This document shows, piece after piece, positions 58,213 to 64,000 of a stretch of DNA of 64,000 nucleotides. Below the pieces are notes generated by a model. It worked only from the letters and a program-made list of their open reading frames with translations. It was not told the DNA's origin and made no database searches. The translations under genes were made by a program, and so were the position numbers. Each line of letters starts with the position of its first letter. The stretch's first letter is position 1. The stretch comes from a virus. Its lineage: Duplodnaviria; Caudoviricetes. Where the stretch lies: IMG/VR virus record IMGVR_UViG_3300034095_001474, positions 160,001 through 224,000 of that record. One strand, 5' to 3'.

Positions 58213-58801
58213 TTTTAATAGAGTATAAATAAGGTAAGAACTTAATTTGGTAACCAAGTTCTTCAATATAATTCTTATACTCTATAAGTATATCGCTTTC
58301 CTCTAAAAAGACTGGGCTTTTGAATTTAATTTTTGTTTTAATCTTATCTTTTTCATATCCAATATAAGACATTAAGGTTAAATCGATACCAAAGATAAAT
58401 TTATCACCATAAATGTAAATCATGTCGCCATTAATAAATGTAACTAATTCTTTAATTGAATATAATTTTCTTATAATTTTCCAAAGACTTTTTGAATTAT
58501 ACTGCAATGGGTCAATGAAAATATATTTAATATCTTTTGTTAAATCATTATATACTTTATTTATGAACCAAGATAAATCTTCTGAATGTTTATCTCTTCT
58601 TTCAGTTCTTTTAAATGTCCAATATAAATTTGATTCCAGTTCAATATCTAAAATATTAAATTCTGGGTAGTGTTTATTAACATAGTCAAAGCCAACAATT
58701 AAAGTAGGTAATCCATGGATTATTTCATCCATGGATTTCACTACGTTAAATTCTTCTGAAACGTTAATATTATTACTTGAAACTATGTTCGCAACTTTCA
58801 T
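58163..58801 (-). CDS. Hypothetical protein
   Basis: 212 aa with its own promoter. Confidence 0.75.
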   Translation of the reverse strand: MKVANIVSSNNINVSEEFNVVKSMDEIIHGLPTLIVGFDYVNKHYPEFNILDIELESNLYWTFKRTERRDKHSEDLSWFINKVYNDLTKDIKYIFIDPLQYNSKSLWKIIRKLYSIKELVTFINGDMIYIYGDKFIFGIDLTLMSYIGYEKDKIKTKIKFKSPVFLEESDILIEYKNYIEELGYQIKFLPYLYSIKNEQNNTISNFYISRES

Positions 58802-58805
58802 ATTG

Positions 58806-58836
58806 CAAATGTACTAATTTTATTTATAAAAAACAA
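58806..58836 (-). promoter_or_regulatory. Bacteroidota sigmaA-type promoter
   Basis: TTG 58836-34, N20, TACATTTG 58813-06. Confidence 0.7.
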
Positions 58837-58851
58837 ATTATTTTTTTATAA

Positions 58852-61800
58852 TTAACTTGGTTTATAAATAGGGTTACCAGATACTTTAGAAGCTTTTAAA
58901 CATTGAGCTAAATATGCATTTGATGATAAACCACCTTTTGTTTTACAACCGATATCACCTTGAACCCAAACAGATAAATCTTTACACGTTTTTTGAAGTT
59001 GTATAGCTAAAGTAAGAGCAGCAGACTTATTAACGATACCTTTTCTCAGATTACTAACAATATTTGGATAATTACCATTTGTTAATGTTTTATATGTTGC
59101 ATCAACACCATCTTCAATTGTTTTATAATTTTGGACACCAACCTCACTATCATTGTATAACGTTGACCCAGCATATTCTTCAGTAGTATTAAAGGCATTC
59201 CATGTTGCTTCAGCACCTTCCATTTGTCTCCATCCTTTAAGCCATATCATGTTACCTTCAGTTTCTGGTGCACCTAATTTTTTCAACACTAATTTGAAAT
59301 ATTCTTCAGTTTCAGCTTCTGATGTTTGTACTATATTTTTAGACCCATTGGCACTTGGACCACCAGTTGCTTTTTGATTTGATAAGTTGTATCCATTATA
59401 ATATTTATTAGCTGTTTTTTTAACTAGAATTCTATAATCACCAACATCGTTTGAATCTATTAAGTAACCAGAAGAAATTGTTATTTCCTTTTCTTTTACT
59501 GAATCACCTAAATTACCACCAACTAAAAATGCTTTGTCACTACTTGTTTTATAAACAACATCACAATGACTTGCTGTGAAACCTCCACTTCTTTTTTGAC
59601 AGAATAAATCACCTACTTCAATCTTAATTTTTAACCCAGATTTTAATGGGAAAGCTTCATAACCTTTACCTCCATCCATAGCATTTTTAACATAAGTATA
59701 ATGTAAACTTGATTTAGGGAATTCACTATCACCACCAAACATGACGTATGATATGAAGGCAGCACTCCATGGTTGTGAGTTATTAGCATATGATTGAGCT
59801 GAAATACCTGGTGTTGTAGTTGCGTAAACTTCTAACATTGATATACCAGAAGCTTCTTTAACACTACCATTACCCCATTTTTTAAGTTCATCAGTACCTC
59901 TTTGTGTTATCACGATAGGTTTTGGTATCTTGCTACCTTCTATTGTTTTATTAGATGGTTTATTACTATTTAATATACTATAAAAATTATCTATATAGTG
60001 ATTACTTCCAACATAAGCTTCACCACCACCACCACCACCAATAGTACCAGTACCAGCTTCACTAATATCCATTGTTTCAATTAAATCCATATAAACTTCA
60101 TAAGATTCAATCAGTGGAGTTTCTGTGTATCTAATTCTAGTTCCAGTAAAGTTTGTTGACATACTATTTGGTTTAATCGAATGAGAAACCTTTGTTATCA
60201 TATACGCACCATGGAACATTGGTATATTATCCAATTGGAAATACATCATTGGTTGAATCATAGCATTACCCATCATTTCAATTTGAGCAGTATAACTTCT
60301 AACCGCATATACATTATAAATATTTTGACCTACAAGTGCTCTATTATTTTCACTACCTTTTTGAGAAATTTCATCTTGAATATGCAGTGATTCATCTGTT
60401 TCACTGAATTCACTTTGGTCTAAATGTATATCTTTAAAAATACTCTGATTTTGTTGGCTATATCTTACAAGAAAAGTACTAACTGGTTCTTCATAAAATC
60501 CACTTGTTACAACACCAGTTTCATCAACTTCATCAATACTATTCAAATCAGTTGTAAAATCTGTTGGTACTGAAACATCTAAATCAGTATTTTCACCCGT
60601 TTTAGGGTCTTTCATACATCTTAAATCAAAACCATCATTAGGATAATCACCATCTTTTTCTGTAAGTTCTAAATGTTTTGATGTTTGACCATCATATACA
60701 CAAACAAAAGCTGGTCCACAACTATTAGGTGGTATATCCTTGTCATTATAGTTGTATGGTTTAAAAATAGATTCTAAAATTGTATCATCGTGAAAGTTAA
60801 CAAAATTAGGTAACGCTTGGAAATTAAAATGATTCGCACCTAAAATAGATGAAATTGCATCATATGATGAACTATTTGGGTTATCAATTAAATATTCATT
60901 CAAATTTGACGGATTAATATATAATTCATTACCAATATCTCTAAAACTTCTAGTTACAAATCTAAAACTATCAATCATTCTGGTTTTAGAATTTTGATTT
61001 TTTTTAGCCAATGTATCGTCAACAGTACTTCTAGTACCATTACCACACTGAAAGACTAAATGGTCAATATCTTTAGCACCACCCAACCATTTATCATAAA
61101 CATTTTTACAATGTCTATATAATTGAAGACGAATAACATCTTTATTTGTTGTATTAAATATTTCTTTATCTATTCTTTCATTTTGTTTTGAAATGTTGTA
61201 TTTATCGGCTAAAGTTTCTAGTTTTTTAATAATGGCATCAAAATAAAGATTATATTTTTCTGGAGATACACTAGGGTTAGACCATTGACCAGAAGAACCA
61301 GCCCATATACTAGGGTCAGAACCAGCCATCCAAATTTTATAATTATTATTAACGATAAAAACTTCTTCAGTCAAAGCATCAATTAATGAGTTAATAACTG
61401 GTGTTCCATCTTTTAATTGTAAATGCAGATAAAAATCATTAATGTTACTATAAAAGAATCCTTTATCTTGATATATTGGAATAACAACATCGTAATATTT
61501 TTCAATGTTTTCAGTTAACACTGAAAATTGAATTGGGTTACCAATTATCTTTCCAGTAGTTATTTCTTCTACTGATGCAATATTAGCATTTTTATCATTT
61601 GCTTTATCTAGAATAGAATGTAAATATTCACTAAAAGATTTTCCAGCTGTCAAATCACCGTTAGTGTCAAATATTTCTAATCTTTTAGCTAAACCTCTCC
61701 AATCTTTATCACCTTCACCATTAACAAAATTAAAAAACATTTTTTTAAATTCACTTTTAACCTTTAGTGGTAATGTTTTAAGTGTATCGAAATCACCAAT

Positions 61801-64000
61801 ATCTGGATGACTAGGGCCATCAAAAGCTTTGAATACACCTTGACCTAAACCTTGTCTGTAATCTAAAAAAGGAGGAAAATATTCATCTTTATCTGGTATA
61901 TCAAATAACGTTTCACCCAACGCCCAATTTGATAAAGAATTCCATTTATTTACATTACCATTAGAATAATCTATATACCAAACAATTGGGTCGCCTTTTA
62001 CATATCCTTCAATTAACCCGTTACTATATTCTTTCTTTCCGACACCACCACCAATAATTTGATTATTATTATTTAATATTGGGTCACTTTCATCCATTCT
62101 CCATAATATACTACCAATATAAGCACACCATAATTTAGGTGCGTGTATTATACCAGCTTTCATATCAAATAAATGTTTTATTTCATTTTTACCAAAAGGG
62201 TTACCTCCAGGTGTATCGGTTATCTGAGGTGTATTAAAAGGCATTGCTTGTAAAAAAAGAAATGCTCTACTATTTTCAGCACATGATACTTTAGTACCAT
62301 TTTTGGTTATAATTGTTGCATAACTTTGGTTATAATAAAATTCACTACCAAATAAACTAAAACTATAATCTGTGTAAGGTTGTCTATTATTTTCTATAGT
62401 CCAATCGGTCAATTCAATATCTGGTGTTCCATATTTCAATTCAATATATGGATAAGTAACATCAGCTCTTCCACCACGTTTTAATATTTTATGGAATAAA
62501 TTTCTATTTTTACCTAGATTAGTATGCATTGGAATTCCAAGTGTAAAACCATTTGAGATAAATACCTCTGGTTTAGTTAAAGGATAAGTAACTATAGATT
62601 TATCTTTATAAAAATATTCAGAGACTGTTGATTTAAGACTAATATCTTTACCCGATGCACTTCTAGTATCAGCCAACCCAGTATCACAATCTCTATAAAA
62701 AACATACATAAGGGGTAACCCTTTTATATTATCATCACCCCAATCCATTGTTTCAAATTCTTGAATACCATATTTATGATTAAAACAATTGTAACCAGCA
62801 TCTTTTAATGTTAGAATTGAATCTGGTGCATCTGGGTCACCAATTAGATTTGCTAAAATCATTGTAGTCTCTGTTTTTACACCTTCTGGTGCAAAACCAA
62901 TAGATATTGGTTTTGGTAATTCAGTTAAAATTTTAACATCTATACCACCTTGGTCATTTTTATAATCTGAATCAACAGTAGGAATTCCATCAGCATAGGT
63001 TGTTAAAAATAACCAACCATCATCATCTCTAAATGACCTATATATTTTATCTTGTTCTGCCGTAGACGCTCCAGGCTTATACCAAAATACATCGTGAAAA
63101 CCAAAATTTGTTGGTAAAAAACGAGGTCTAGCTTGTTCGATTTCATCATTATAATAATAATCATAATAATAAGGGTTAGTATCTTGATTAACAACTTTTC
63201 TAGAATCACCATCTATTTTTCCAGTTATACCATTTAAATATTGTATTGTTAATAATGACATAGATTGTCTTGATGTTTCATCAGTAATCCCTCTTAACAT
63301 ATTATCAACTTCAGCTGCTGCCATTGCTTTTATTTCGTCATCTGTAACAACACCAGAAAATAAATCATTTGAATATCCTAAAAATATCATACCTCTTATT
63401 ACCATAAGCCTAACAATATCTTCTTTAAGTAACAGTTCAGTATTATTAGGTCCAGCTGCTCTTTTATATGGTTCTAATTCTTGAAAAATTATTGTATCAA
63501 TTGGGTTCACTGATGTCCAAGTTGTTTCATTTATTAATTGTTCTTCAAGAGCAGCATCGTCTGCTTTTTTAGATTTTCTAAACGCTTCTAACAAATCATC
63601 TATAAATCTTAATTCATCTACATCGTCTGGTTTTTTCAACACACCAGCAGCACCTAAATATTTATCAATATATGAATTTTTTACAGCATCTTTTTCTCTA
63701 TAATCTGGCCATGGGAAAAATTGTTTTTTCTCGATATAAACATTTTTCATATCGGTAACTTTACTATCGTCTACTGTGAATTTTGTAGCTAGCTCATCAG
63801 TCCTTATAGAACTTGCACTAGCCTCTGAAGATACTTGATAAATTGTTTCAATAAAAACTTCAATTGCCGCTGTGAAACATTCGATAATTGTTCTAGCTGT
63901 TGGGTCAAAACCTAGTATGTCTCTAACTTCATTTTCGAACGCTTTCGCTAATTTTTTCTTAGCTTCTTTTTCACTAACTTCCACTGAAAGTTTAGCTGTT
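58852..64000 (-). CDS. Very large baseplate hub-like protein with a C-terminal DUF2272-like (NlpC/P60-type) domain and a lysozyme-like domain; 5'-partial
   Basis: Frame is open to the right edge; hub motif MMGNAMIQPMMYFQL...GAYMITKVSHSI; PWSAAFISYVM...ASHCDVV; C-terminal WRQMEG...NAFNTT...GVQNY. Confidence 0.65.
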   Translation of the reverse strand, partial: TAKLSVEVSEKEAKKKLAKAFENEVRDILGFDPTARTIIECFTAAIEVFIETIYQVSSEASASSIRTDELATKFTVDDSKVTDMKNVYIEKKQFFPWPDYREKDAVKNSYIDKYLGAAGVLKKPDDVDELRFIDDLLEAFRKSKKADDAALEEQLINETTWTSVNPIDTIIFQELEPYKRAAGPNNTELLLKEDIVRLMVIRGMIFLGYSNDLFSGVVTDDEIKAMAAAEVDNMLRGITDETSRQSMSLLTIQYLNGITGKIDGDSRKVVNQDTNPYYYDYYYNDEIEQARPRFLPTNFGFHDVFWYKPGASTAEQDKIYRSFRDDDGWLFLTTYADGIPTVDSDYKNDQGGIDVKILTELPKPISIGFAPEGVKTETTMILANLIGDPDAPDSILTLKDAGYNCFNHKYGIQEFETMDWGDDNIKGLPLMYVFYRDCDTGLADTRSASGKDISLKSTVSEYFYKDKSIVTYPLTKPEVFISNGFTLGIPMHTNLGKNRNLFHKILKRGGRADVTYPYIELKYGTPDIELTDWTIENNRQPYTDYSFSLFGSEFYYNQSYATIITKNGTKVSCAENSRAFLFLQAMPFNTPQITDTPGGNPFGKNEIKHLFDMKAGIIHAPKLWCAYIGSILWRMDESDPILNNNNQIIGGGVGKKEYSNGLIEGYVKGDPIVWYIDYSNGNVNKWNSLSNWALGETLFDIPDKDEYFPPFLDYRQGLGQGVFKAFDGPSHPDIGDFDTLKTLPLKVKSEFKKMFFNFVNGEGDKDWRGLAKRLEIFDTNGDLTAGKSFSEYLHSILDKANDKNANIASVEEITTGKIIGNPIQFSVLTENIEKYYDVVIPIYQDKGFFYSNINDFYLHLQLKDGTPVINSLIDALTEEVFIVNNNYKIWMAGSDPSIWAGSSGQWSNPSVSPEKYNLYFDAIIKKLETLADKYNISKQNERIDKEIFNTTNKDVIRLQLYRHCKNVYDKWLGGAKDIDHLVFQCGNGTRSTVDDTLAKKNQNSKTRMIDSFRFVTRSFRDIGNELYINPSNLNEYLIDNPNSSSYDAISSILGANHFNFQALPNFVNFHDDTILESIFKPYNYNDKDIPPNSCGPAFVCVYDGQTSKHLELTEKDGDYPNDGFDLRCMKDPKTGENTDLDVSVPTDFTTDLNSIDEVDETGVVTSGFYEEPVSTFLVRYSQQNQSIFKDIHLDQSEFSETDESLHIQDEISQKGSENNRALVGQNIYNVYAVRSYTAQIEMMGNAMIQPMMYFQLDNIPMFHGAYMITKVSHSIKPNSMSTNFTGTRIRYTETPLIESYEVYMDLIETMDISEAGTGTIGGGGGGEAYVGSNHYIDNFYSILNSNKPSNKTIEGSKIPKPIVITQRGTDELKKWGNGSVKEASGISMLEVYATTTPGISAQSYANNSQPWSAAFISYVMFGGDSEFPKSSLHYTYVKNAMDGGKGYEAFPLKSGLKIKIEVGDLFCQKRSGGFTASHCDVVYKTSSDKAFLVGGNLGDSVKEKEITISSGYLIDSNDVGDYRILVKKTANKYYNGYNLSNQKATGGPSANGSKNIVQTSEAETEEYFKLVLKKLGAPETEGNMIWLKGWRQMEGAEATWNAFNTTEEYAGSTLYNDSEVGVQNYKTIEDGVDATYKTLTNGNYPNIVSNLRKGIVNKSAALTLAIQLQKTCKDLSVWVQGDIGCKTKGGLSSNAYLAQCLKASKVSGNPIYKPS

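Noticed and set aside
966-63212. Many other short ORFs in the track (e.g. 1555+, 1912+, 7400+, 13472+, 15554+, 48587+, 57024+, and nested minus-strand ORFs such as 9566, 20801, 31056)
   Set aside because: They lie wholly or mostly within well-supported genes, on the opposite strand or in another frame, with no promoter or family motif
1-64000. Stop-codon reassignment, as in some large Bacteroidota phages
   Set aside because: Long genes up to 1710 aa are intact under the standard code and tile the window tightly. The stops I checked are nearly all TAA, with one TGA.

Overview
This AT-rich window (GC roughly 27-30% by eye) comes from a large myovirus-type (probably jumbo) phage. It uses the standard genetic code, and almost every gene is on the minus strand; I accept only two plus-strand genes. 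The host is very likely Bacteroidota. Evidence: nine TTG-N19/20-TAnnTTTG promoters, a phage sigma70 with the Bacteroidota-type FISYAVWW motif, an Hc1-like protein, SprB-like repeats and lipoproteins. By coordinate the window holds: a partial DUF2828 gene, two lipoproteins, RNase HII, small hypotheticals, a lysis block (YkuD/L,D-transpeptidase-like, holin, GH19), acidic putative head proteins, a tail-tube-like gene, a degenerate amidase, sigma factor, SbcC/SbcD, a PD-(D/E)XK nuclease, a GNAT, primase, a RuvC-like resolvase, a ~24 kb baseplate/tail cluster, nrdAB, DnaB, a 5'-3' exonuclease, RecA/UvsX, a gp32-like SSB, and a partial baseplate hub fused to peptidoglycan hydrolases. The best leads are: (1) a multi-tier promoter code apparently derived from the host -7 element, together with a phage sigma whose strong ATG is out of frame; (2) late-promoter genes, including a GNAT, that share an N-terminal IKxxL..(L/V)NE leader suggestive of capsid-packaged cargo; (3) an Mre11/Rad50 domain redistribution; (4) a probably catalytically dead amidase; (5) an SprB-repeat tail-cluster protein with a transmembrane-like segment. 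I saw no tRNA, CRISPR array, intein or retroelement. All family assignments come from motif recognition by eye, not from database searches.
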